Shown in pieces: positions 53,416-64,000 of a stretch of DNA of 64,000 nt. The notes beneath the pieces were generated by a model. That model did not search any database. It saw only the letters and a list, made by a program, of their open reading frames with translations, and was not told the DNA's origin. The number at the start of each line of letters is the position of its first letter. The stretch's first letter is position 1. Made by a program: the position numbers and the translations under genes. This DNA is from Octopus sinensis (Eukaryota). The stretch spans positions 11,842,001-11,906,000 of the forward strand of contig NC_043011.1 in assembly GCF_006345805.1 (NCBI RefSeq). Reading direction: 5' to 3'.

Positions 53416-54285
53416 CTATTTGCCATTCTGTCGAACTTTCATCGTTAGATGAAAAGTCTGACGAATCAGCAGGGGGCAAGGGTAAAGCATCTGGGTCTGT
53501 TTGTGCGGTTGTAGATATTGTTGTGGTGTGCGGGGGGGTGTTGCTGGGGGGGGTCTTGCTGGCTGGGGGGGGGTTGCTGGGGGGTTTGGTGTGGTGATTG
53601 TCTCTCCTACATCCTTGGTGCTTGTCTTCTTCGTTGTTGTTCTCGGTGTTGGAATTGGTTTAGTTGTTGTTGGTGGTGATGATTCTGTTCTTGGCGCAGG
53701 TGGTGGTGTTGTTTGGTTGGGTTGGTCCGTTCTTTGTTGTTTTTCATGCATTTCTGAATACAGCTTCTTGATTAGCCGTCCATATTGTGGTGTGGGCAAT
53801 AATGCTGGCTTTTGTGGTTTTTCCTGTGGCTGTTGTTGTTGTTGTCGTTGTTTCGCGGCAGATTTGCACTCCTTTTTGAGGTGTGCCTCACTTCCACATG
53901 TATAGCAGCGTGGCCTTCTGCCCTCGACTACTACATACAACTTGCGGTCATCCGGAAGATGTACGTGGGTGGGAATTTTGTTAATGTCGTCTTGGCTTAT
54001 GTGGAAGAGAATCTCCATTCTCTTTCCCACCCAGTCCTTGTGTTTCGAAAACGTGATATCCAGGATGTTTATGTTCTCCATTTTGGATGTTATGGCGGTT
54101 GTTATCCATAGTGTGGTTGTTACTTGTGGGACATTATGGATAATGACCTTTGTCACCTTCTGGCCAAGGTAACTGGGTGTCATTGTTAGTTCATCTGAAT
54201 GAAGAGTTAGCGTTGAGAATTGCTTTGCCAACTCTTCATTCTGAAAAACCACCTGTACGTGGGCGAACTTGTTCGACCAAATCAC
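53416..54285 (-). pseudogene. LINE ORF1, C-terminal part with gag-like zinc knuckle
   Basis: CYTCGSEAHLKKEC (CX2CX4HX4C); frameshifted relative to 54236-55159. Confidence 0.75.
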
Positions 54286-55159
54286 ATACTCCTTGTGTCC
54301 CCAGGCACTTTTCTATTTTGTCCGTGCTTGCTTTCTCTGGACTTTTAGTTGCGTTGTTTGTTATTTTGTATACAATTGTTCTCTTTTTTTCCTCATTCAG
54401 TATGTGTTGTGGTATGTATAATTGTATTTTGCCGTTTTCTTCGGTGATTAGGGCTCTGAAGTCTTTTATTTGCTGTACAGTAAAAGATACTCTTGTCATT
54501 TTTTCTTTTATCGCCTCGGCGAAGTTTGTTGTTGTTTTGTTATTGTTGTTACTGCTGGTGGTATTGGTGTTCATGACAGGGGTGTGGGTTGTGGGTATAT
54601 TAGGTTTGTGGTTGCTGATTATGCAACTGGCAAGGGGTGGAAAATTGTCTGCGTAATTTGGTCCTGCATTAGCGCGAATTTCGGCAGCTCGTTTGATTGT
54701 CGGTGTTATTTTTTTCTCACCTTCACTTGTTGGTGATGGAGTGAACGGTGGCTGAAGGGAATTGTTGTTGTTGTTGTTGTTGTTCTTGGTGACGGCGGTG
54801 GTATTAGTAGCAAGGGAGGCATTGACGGCACGGTCTTTGGTGGCGGTGATGGTGATGTTGGTATTGTTATTGTTGTTGGTAGTGGTGTCGTTAGCAGAGA
54901 TAGCAGTTGTAGTAGCAGATGCTGCCATGGTGGTAGTGTCTGTGTTGATGGTGGAATCGCTGGTGGAGATGTCGGTGCTTGGCCTTGCGACCTTTGTTTT
55001 GTATTTGTTGCTGTTGTCGATGCTGATGGTGGTGGTGGTGGTGGTGGTGTAAGTAGTGTTTACACAGTCAAGTTCAGCGCATGGTGACAGGGCACCCTGT
55101 TTTATTGTTTTGGCGTCATGCTTCAGTAGCGCCTCAGCCTCGTGGTGACGAGTAGCCAT
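54236..55159 (-). pseudogene. LINE ORF1, N-terminal low-complexity part
   Basis: 307-aa T/N-rich ORF from the first ATG after the 5' UTR; overlaps the next frame. Confidence 0.6.
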
Positions 55160-55369
55160 TTTTGAAAATATAATGGCTAAAATACAACACGAGACCTACG
55201 AGAATTTTAAAATTTTGCCCACAAAGGGCAAAATTTTGTGTAGATATTAGTCAAGGTTTGCAGTGGATGTTGTTGCACAACTTTTAAACACAAAATAAAC
55301 AATAAACACTTTTGAACGTACAAAATGACCAACTTACTTGGAGCCCATTTGACTTGCGTTTGTCTGTCC

Positions 55370-55581
<212 letters not shown>

Positions 55582-55804
55582 TGACTATGGTTAAACTGGT
55601 AATTGCAGTAGTAAACAGGTGGTGATGTAGCTGTTGTTAACAGAGGCAATTTAATGGTTTTGCTTGTTGATAGAGTTGACATCAAGTAAGACGAATGTGA
55701 AAGGGAGGAGGTTGTAATAACGGTGAGATACCAATGGAACTGAGATTATAGTAAAGATGTCACAATAATCAGCAAACCACAAAGTGGGTGGGAGGGGTGA
55801 TATG

Positions 55805-57150
55805 ATATATCTATCTATCTACCTAGGGCGGGTAAAATTCTCGAGATCCATGGACGAGTTCTCTCCAGCGGTCTTTGTCCCTCGTCATCGCTGCCATGTC
55901 CTGTGTCTCCCAGAGACCAGTGTCTGTCCTTAAGGCATCAACATATGTCATCCTTGGTCTCCCTCTTCTACTGAGTCCGTGTAGGGGCTTTTTCAGGAGC
56001 ATTGGGTGCAGAATCATATCTGAATGACGGTGAAGATGTCCAGCTAACCTCAGTCTCCTCTGTGTTATTTTCGATTTAACTATTGGGAGCCTCTCGTACA
56101 GCTCTGAGTTCTTCAACCTCAGTGTATATTGATTAATGTTCAGAGCCATCCTCAGCATTCTCGTGTACCACCAGTCCACCATCTGAGTGAGTTTCTTGGT
56201 CAGTGTTCAAGCCCCAGACCCATACAGCAGCACAGACTCCACTGCAGCGACGAAGAGACGGATCTTCAGGTCTTTACGAAGATCCTATTTTTTAAACAGA
56301 TCTCAAATTGTGGCATGCCGCCCAGGCTTTGTTCTTCCTCTCAACTAAATCACCCTCTCTGTCCCCAATCTGTGCTTCCAGATACAGAAAGTCCTCAACC
56401 AAATCTAATGACTTCCCGCCTACATTCATAATCTTCTCTGGCTTCTTAATATTGTTTACTAGATACTTCGTTTTAATTTCATTCATTTTCAGCCCCACAC
56501 TCATCGTTACAGTCTCCACCTCCTCTATCAACTCTTCTGCCTCCCTCACTGTGTTTGTCACCAGAACTATGTTGTCAACAAATTCAGCATCTGATATCTT
56601 TTTAGCCTCGACCCTCCTGCTCTGAGCCGGTGCTACAATAAAGCCAGAGTCCTGGTGTTTCCCTCAACGCAAGGCATATACAATAGTCCACCACGACGAT
56701 AAAAAGATAGGGAGCCAATGTATCTCCCTGAAGCACTCCAATCAGTCTCTCAAAGAACTCCGTCATCCTGTCAGGTGTAACGTCTTGGGCTTTGGTGTTG
56801 GTGTAGAACAGTGATATCAGGTCCAGTATCTTCTTGGGGATTCCATAAACCTGTAAGATCATCAGGCAGTGATGGTCCACACAATTAAATGCCTTCCTAA
56901 AGTCAATGACAGCAGGAAGACTCTTTGCTCTAGCTCCCTCTAATATCCTTCTCAGCATTAGGATGTGACTGGTGATTGATCTTCTCTCTCTGAAGCCGTT
57001 CTAGTTGTCCCTGAGCTTCTTCTTCTTCATCACGTACTGGATCCTTGTAAGAATCATCCTGCTGAGGTCTTTGCCACGAGTGACATCAGTGAGATCCCCC
57101 TGTAGTTGTTGGTGTTAGAGAGATCCCCCTTCTTTGGCACTGGGACGCAT
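55805..57150 (-). mobile_element. 5'-truncated, degraded RTE-clade LINE
   Basis: VIDFRKAF, GVLQGDTLAPYLF, RLRLAGH, RGRPRMTYVD; short (AGAT)n 3' tail. Confidence 0.85.
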
Positions 57151-57407
57151 TGATTCTTTTCGTGACACCTGTTATAACACTGAAAGATGTAAAAATCCTA
57201 GAAAAATAACAATATTCATGCCTTTTAAGTATGCCTAGCTAGTGTCTAATGGTAGCAATGTTTTCAGCATATCGGGACTAATTTGACATTACTCTGTGGA
57301 TGGAGATGGGCAAATGTGGAAACGCCCCGTTTGGGAAATTAATAAAGTGTAATTCTCAATCACATGGTCTGTAACAAGAATGACTGTTTCCTTAGCATAC
57401 CACTGAC

Positions 57408-58095
57408 TGTTGTTCCTTCTCGAACCACGCCTGGCTCATAAGGGCCGGTTTCCCAGTTTCCTTGGCGTATAGGATCCCCACCTGGACGGAACGCCGGTCC
57501 GTCGCAGGTGAGCTACAATATGCAAGAGGAAAGAGTGAGAGAAAGTTGTGGCGAAAGAGTCAGCAGAAGTTTCGCCATTACCTTCTGCCGGAGCCGCGTG
57601 GCGCTTAGGTGTTTCACTCATATGGAAGCACTCCGTCGGTTACGACGATGAGGGTTCCGGTTGATCCGAATCAACGGAACAGCCTGCTCGTGAAATTAAC
57701 GTGTAAGTGGCTGAGCACTCCACAGACACGTGCACCCTTAACGTAGTTCTCGGGGATATTCAGTGTGACACAGAGAGTGACAAGGCCGGCCCTTTGAAAT
57801 ACAGGTACAACAGAAACAGGAAGTAAGAGTGAGAGAAAGTTGTGGTGAAAGAGTACAGCAGGGATCACCACCATCCCTGCCGGAGCCTCGTGGAGCTTTA
57901 GGTGTTTTCGCTCACAACGCCCGGTCTGGGAATCGAAACCGCGATCCTATGACCGCGAGTCCGCTGCCCTAACCACTGGGCCATTGCGCCTCCATGTTTC
58001 ACTCATAAACACACACATCGCCCGGTCTGAGATTTGAACCGGAGATCTCTCGACCGCGAGTCCGCTGCTCTAACCACTAGGCCATGTGCCTCCAC
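57408..58095 (-). mobile_element. SINE family C interrupted by a family D SINE
   Basis: 57408-57622 plus 57995-58095 rejoin into the 27935-28236 sequence. Confidence 0.8.
57623..57994 (-). mobile_element. tRNA(Arg)-like SINE, family D, nested, 13-bp TSD
   Basis: TSD TGTTTCACTCATA at 57610-57622 and 57995-58007; head similar to family C, different 3' half. Confidence 0.85.
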
Positions 58096-58244
58096 ATCAG
58101 TTATGAATAGAGAATGAACGAGGATAGAACAGAAATATTATACTATAATCAGGAAGGAAGACAGACAGGTAGATATATACTAGTCAGTATAGTGAAGGCA
58201 TGCTGGTAGAGAGAGGTTAGGGAGTGCATATCGATAGATCGATC

Positions 58245-58277
<33 letters not shown>

Positions 58278-58278
58278 G

Positions 58279-58413
<135 letters not shown>

Positions 58414-58693
58414 AGGAATGAAAAATTGCAGATGCCAGATGATGCCAGATGACCACCAAGGATGGCCAGAGTTAGCAGAAATGGGAGGCAGGGAGTAGTA
58501 ATTGTAATAAAGCGGTTGTAAAAGAAAATGAAGATCTGAGGCTAAGAGTGAAAGTGAGGAGATATTTAGGGTGTCCATAGTATTAGATATAAAATATAAA
58601 ATATGAAATTAAAAATATTAAAGTTTTTGGTGTTAATGAAAGTGCATGCTCCGTGGGAACTGAGGAGGGGAAAATAAGATTTAAAAGGACAAA

Positions 58694-59080
58694 TCTATAT
58701 ATATAAAAGTGAGGTTGTGTGGTGTCTGTCTCCTACGATTTAGATTCCTAACTACTCCCACATTTTACGGTGCAGTGTAACCAAAAGCGGGTATCTTATA
58801 GTCGTGATTCATATCGAGCCCTTCTGGGTATTAGCGCGCGTCTACGATTTAAAAAAAAATTTACCAGCATTTTTCCCCATTTTTAATGCATTTTTTTGCT
58901 ATTATATAAGGGAAGTAACTCTCTAAAAGTGTATTATTAAATCTCAGAACGTAAAAAGCTACAGTAACATCCCCCTTTGTGGTTAGCCATATTGAGATGG
59001 CTATTATACTTTACATCTCTAAAAATGCTTATATAGTTATTTCCCTTACAAACCCGAGCGACGCCGGGCGATACTGCTAG
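58694..59080 (+). mobile_element. Non-autonomous Helitron carrying an 86-bp insert
   Basis: A|TCTATATATATAAAA...hairpin...CTAG|T; paralog of 26206-26601. Confidence 0.85.
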
Positions 59081-59574
59081 TTAAGAATAAGTCAAAAGTA
59101 AATATAAATAAATTGATTAGAGACATGTTAGCTAAGTTTAGCTATAGTGAAATTATAGGGCTCAGGAATGAAGGAAATACAGAACTAATGGACAATAAGA
59201 ACTAGATATCATATTAAATTAGTAAAGAGAGCTGAAAAGATTGATTAATCATATACATTATTAATTCGTATATAGCTCCACAACACGAGGGGAGAGGCCT
59301 AGTGGTGTTCTATTAGTGTTGCAGATAGAAGTATATTCTATTAGCTATAATCTAAGTAGGATGCGTTGAGTATGGAATAAAAGAGAGAAAGGTGATCTAG
59401 AGATGAAGGAAAAGATGTGAAAATACTGTAGATGTAGAAATTTAATTACGTATCACGCCTGTGGATACACGTAGAAAGGGCTTCGTGCCGCTTGTTTAGT
59501 AATTGTGAAGGGTTATATGACAAGATTTGCAGAGATTCTTTCAAACAGCCAACAGGGAGCATGTTGGCCTTGGT

Positions 59575-59693
59575 ATGTACGTACGTATGTATGTATGTAT
59601 GTATGTATGTATGAATGTATGTATGTATGTATGTATGTATGTATGTATGTATGTATGTATGTATGTGTGTATGTATGCATGTATGTATGTATG

Positions 59694-59724
<31 letters not shown>

Positions 59725-59982
59725 GTGTGTATGTATGTATGTATGTATGTATGTATATGTGTATGTATGTATGTATGTATGTATTTATGTATGTATTTAT
59801 GTATTTATGTATTTATGTATGTATGTATGTATGTATGTATGTATATGTGTATGTATGTATGTATGTATGTATTTATGTATGTATTTATGTATGTATGTAT
59901 GTATGTATGTATGTATGTATGTATGTATGTATGTATGTATGTATGTATGTATGAATGCATGTATGTATGTATGTATGTATGT
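59575..59982. repeat. (TATG)n microsatellite
   Basis: Direct reading. Confidence 0.95.
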
Positions 59983-60857
59983 CTCTTCTATTTTTTAATT
60001 ATTATAAGTCTTCCACTGAGGAGGGAGCCAGTTTCCAATAAAGATACAAGGCTCCATCATTGGAATGTAGTTAACTTGAGAAAAGTCTTGTATATTTTTA
60101 CTGTTCCACAGACAGATATAGATAGACAGGTAGATATTGCGGCATAACTACAGATATGTGCCCCACCCGAATTTGTTGCCTCATAACTTCCAAAAAAATG
60201 TATACTTTTTAACCTAATTTTCAACAAATACCGCTTAAATGCTGTGGGTGCAGATTATATAAGGATTTATGGGAATGAATTTTTCCGAGGGGGTGGGTAG
60301 AGGAGTTTCGGAAAATTCACACGATCTGACTTCTTCCCTTCGTAACTTTCAGCAAAATGGATATCTTTTAATGAAATTTTAAACAAATACCTTTCAAACG
60401 GCATAGATTACGAGTATAAAGAAATTTTGGGGGGAAATTTTTTTCGATGTGGTGGGGAGAGGAATTTCGAAAAACCGGAGTTTCGGATCAGGAAAACCAA
60501 ATAAGTTGCAGTCACTTCGTTTTGACGGGGATTTTTCCCATTTCTTTTTAACCACAGCCTTCAAAATGGTGAGGAGAGGCACCTTTTTATGAAAAAAAAT
60601 ATTTTGAAAATTTTTTTGTAGAATCCCGCCCCCTCATCATCCCACTCGGGACCGATTTTGGCCAATCTTTCTTTTCACTTCAAAGCCATGGCAGGAGCCT
60701 TTTCGGTAAAAAAAAAAATATTTTAAAATTTGTTAATATTTTCAGTGGAAAATGTAAGTGATTTAAAGGAGATTTGGTTGACGTTTCTAGCACATCCTAA
60801 GACAACCCTCTTGTCGAATGTATTGAAATGTTTCAATATTTTTCTCACCATTAATAA

Positions 60858-61321
60858 ACTCTTTTACTTGTTTCAGTCATTTGACTGCGGCCAAGCTAGA
60901 GCACCGCCTTTTAGTCGAGTAAATCGACCCCAGGACTTATTCTTTTGTGGTCGACCATATCTATGCTCAAAGACATTTAAGCTGTCTCTTTCCCGTGCAC
61001 AAGAAAAGGAATAAGCCTAGTACTTATTCTATCGGTCTTTTTTGCTGAACCGCTAAGTTACGGGGGCGTAAACACACCACCATCGGTTGTCAAGCAATGG
61101 TGGGGGGACAAACACAGGCACACAAACATATACACACATACATATATATACATATATACGACGGGCTTCTTCCAGTTTCCGTCTACTAAATCCACTCACA
61201 AGGCTTTGGTCGGCCCGAAGCTATAGTAGAAGATACTTGCCCAAGGTGCCACGAAGTGGGACTGAACCCGGAACCATGTGGTTGATAAGCAAGCTACTTA
61301 CCACACAGCCACTCCTGAGCC
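60858..61321 (-). mobile_element. SINE family A, full length, with a 64-bp foreign insert
   Basis: Insert 60948-61011 is absent from the other copies. Confidence 0.85.
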
Positions 61322-61538
61322 TACTTATATAATTATATAGTATCGAGAAATGTGAAAAATTATGATTGTTTTCCAACCTCACCCCCTGCCCCCAATTGTT
61401 TCTGTTTATAATTTAAAACATTGGAGACCCAGAGAAGGTCATTGCTGGCATTTATCCACAGTGATGCAAAAAAAAAAAAAGAAATAAGCAAACGATAATT
61501 CATTTTAATAGCATACTTTTCTGTCAGAAAATAGTTTT

Positions 61539-61613
<75 letters not shown>

Positions 61614-61674
61614 CATCTTTGAAACCTTTTATAATTCACTCGCTTTACTAACCTATCTATCTGTCTATCTATCT

Positions 61675-61747
<73 letters not shown>

Positions 61748-62034
61748 TAATAATATAGGGTGAAATTAATTAATTTGGAATAATCATTAATTTCACCAAG
61801 TAGATTTCGGCATGTAAAAGCCTCATTCGAGGAAAGTTTAAGTAATACTAAGTAATTAAGGGTTTAGCAACGATTTGCCTCACCACACACCGAATTTAGA
61901 AATAGCAGTCAAAGAGTTATAGCTATTCTTTCTACTAAAAGGGAGATCTCAGTAAAACCACAGCACTTGAAAGGCAAACACAGACAGGCAAGAGAGAAAG
62001 AAATGACGGCAATCTATCATACAATTTTAAGTCA

Positions 62035-62125
62035 CCTACGGACGTACGTTTCGAAATTACGTTTTAGGAAAGCATAAGAATTAGATAATTATGCCTTACC
62101 CAACTTCTTTTCTCATCAGCGTAGG
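62035..62125 (-). ncRNA. Type I hammerhead ribozyme, inverted copy
   Basis: Reverse complement of 62557-62647 with 2 substitutions in the stem II extension. Confidence 0.85.
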
Positions 62126-62556
62126 ACACTACAATTATGAATAATTGTGAGATCTCCCTTTTAGTAGAAAGAATAGCTATAACTCTTTGACTGCTATTTC
62201 TAAATTCGGTGTGTGGTGAGGCAAATCGTTGCTAAACCCTTAATTACTTAGTATTACTTAAACTTTCCTCGAATGAGGCTTTTACATGCCGAAATCTACT
62301 TGGTGAAATTAATGATTATTCCAAATTAATTAATTTCACCCTATATTATTACTGATAACCATATTTCATCCCAGTAAATGACCACAACATCTTGTCTTGG
62401 CTATACGCGGGTGGGAGGGGGTTGGTGACACAAACTTTCATTCACACTTTGAATTTGGTGATACTGGTAACGGCTTTAGCTCGCTCTGATACTGAGTTGA
62501 GATGATGCCTTCTAGTACCTCGAAATTTAATATACAATTATTCATAATTGTAGTGT

Positions 62557-62647
62557 CCTACGCTGATGAGAAAAGAAGTTGGGTAAGACATAATTATCTA
62601 ATTCTTATGCTTTCCTAAAACTTAATTTCGAAACGTACGTCCGTAGG
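62557..62647 (+). ncRNA. Type I hammerhead ribozyme
   Basis: Stem I CCUACG/CGUAGG; core CUGAUGA; stem II GAAA/UUUC with a long irregular hairpin; GAAAC-GUAC-GUC; predicted cleavage after C62641. Confidence 0.9.
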
Positions 62648-62829
62648 TGACTTAAAATTGTATGATAGATTGCCGTCATTTCTTTCTCTCTTGCCTGTCT
62701 GTGTTTGCCTTTCAAGTGCTGTGGTTTTACTGAGATCTCCCTTTTAGTAGAAAGAATAGCTATAACTCTTTGACTGCTATTTCTAAATTCGGTGTGTGGT
62801 GAGGCAAATCGTTGCTAAACCCTTAATTA

Positions 62830-62832
<3 letters not shown>

Positions 62833-62911
<79 letters not shown>

Positions 62912-62922
62912 ATATGTATGTA

Positions 62923-62978
<56 letters not shown>

Positions 62979-63225
62979 TATATACATATATATATACATA
63001 TTTATATATATATATATTTATATGTATATATATATATACATATATATATATATGTATATGTATATATATACATATATATATGTATATATATGTATGTATA
63101 TATATATATGTATATATATATGTGTGTATGTGTGTGTATGTGTGTGTATGTATGTATGTTTGTGTGTATGCGTGCCTGCGTGTGGTGCATGTATGTATGT
63201 ATGTATGTGTGTGTGCGCGCGCGTG
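62833..63225. repeat. (TA)n/(TG)n compound microsatellite
   Basis: Direct reading. Confidence 0.95.
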
Positions 63226-63239
63226 CGTATTTGTGCATC

Positions 63240-63420
63240 AAATTCCACTCACAAGGCATTTGTCGACCCCAGGCTATACTAGAACTCCCTTTGGTAGGAC
63301 GTTACTGTCGTATATTGTAGTTGTTGTATTGGGTGTGCAGTGCACATCTAGCCCACCCGGAATATACGTCCCCGGACGCAATGGGACTGAACCTGAAACC
63401 ACAACCTTCTTAACCATGCC
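63240..63420 (-). mobile_element. SINE family A, degenerate 5' part
   Basis: AAATTCCACTCACAAGGC...GCAATGGGACTGAACC. Confidence 0.55.
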
Positions 63421-64000
63421 TAATATATAGATAGACATACGTGTTCATACATACACGCGCGCACGTGCATATCTATATCTCTAGCTTTCTTCTCTTACTC
63501 TCTTCTCTTACTCTCTCACCTTCCTCTTTCCCCTACTCTCCAGATCGTTACTACAGATGATTTACTGGTGACGAACAACAGATAAAGAAGGCAACTTCAA
63601 TTATTTTCGGATTACAGCTGTCTGTTCTTCAATTAAACCGTGAGGAAACGTCCTGGTGGGAAACAGTGACTGCAACAATGATGATGGCATCAGTTACGAC
63701 AATAATACTACCAACGACAGTTATAGAAATAATAGGGATGAAAATAAAAGTCACCACACAGGTAAAATATTTGTGCGTAGGAATGATACTATCGATAGAA
63801 ACAGCAATAATAGCAGCAATAGCTTCGACAGATATAGTGCAAGCCAGCAAGGGGGCTTCAATGTAGTTGCCCAATCTACTAGAATTAACAATTTCCTGAA
63901 TTCCTTTTCTTGTACACGGGAAAGAGACAGCTTTAATGCCTTTGATCATAGATATGGTCGACCACAAAAGATTTGTAAGCTTAACAACAACTACAGCTCT

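Larger units (their letters stand above)
49213..55370 (-). mobile_element. Near-full-length L1/Tx1-clade non-LTR retrotransposon (~6.2 kb, two ORFs, several frameshifts)
   Basis: 5' UTR, ORF1 with CCHC knuckle, ORF2 APE-RT-zinc finger, 3' UTR ending AATAAAGAAACA; GATA arrays on both sides. Confidence 0.85.
61742..62832 (+). mobile_element. ORF-less hammerhead-bearing Penelope/retrozyme-like element (583-nt permuted monomer + 407-bp inverted copy)
   Basis: 62149-62250 repeated at 62732-62832; 61742-62148 is the inverse of the monomer 3' part; (TA)n on both sides. Confidence 0.8.

Noticed and set aside
53125-55052. Plus-strand V/L/G-rich ORFs (e.g. 53501-53905, 54762-55052)
   Set aside because: Antisense shadows of the low-complexity LINE ORF1.

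Overview
AT-rich, extremely microsatellite-dense eukaryotic DNA with no host gene I can support. It is probably a cephalopod (octopus-like) intron or intergenic region; this is inferred from recalled SINE families, not from a search. Retroelements: one near-full-length L1/Tx1-type LINE (49213-55370, minus) inside a (GATA)n array, a 5'-truncated R4/Dong-type LINE with restriction-like endonuclease (4012-6708, minus) inside a (TAA)n array, further R4, Tx1 and RTE fragments, and at least four tRNA-derived SINE families. DNA elements: nine copies or fragments of a ~430-bp MITE (GGATC-starting TIRs, 8-bp TSDs, internal CCCTAA repeats) and three non-autonomous Helitrons. The most striking observation is two unrelated ORF-less elements (39621-40289 and 61742-62832). 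Each carries a type I hammerhead-ribozyme core, consists of a circularly permuted ~480- or 583-nt monomer with ~100-nt terminal redundancy plus a 5' inverted segment, and is embedded in (TA)n, as expected for Penelope-dependent retrozyme-like elements. Also visible are a SINE sharing its 3' tail with the Tx1 LINE, a twin-priming-type inverted LINE insertion with a 17-bp TSD, and two locally templated insertions. Most ORFs in the supplied track are microsatellite artefacts. All coordinates were read by eye and may be off by a few bases.
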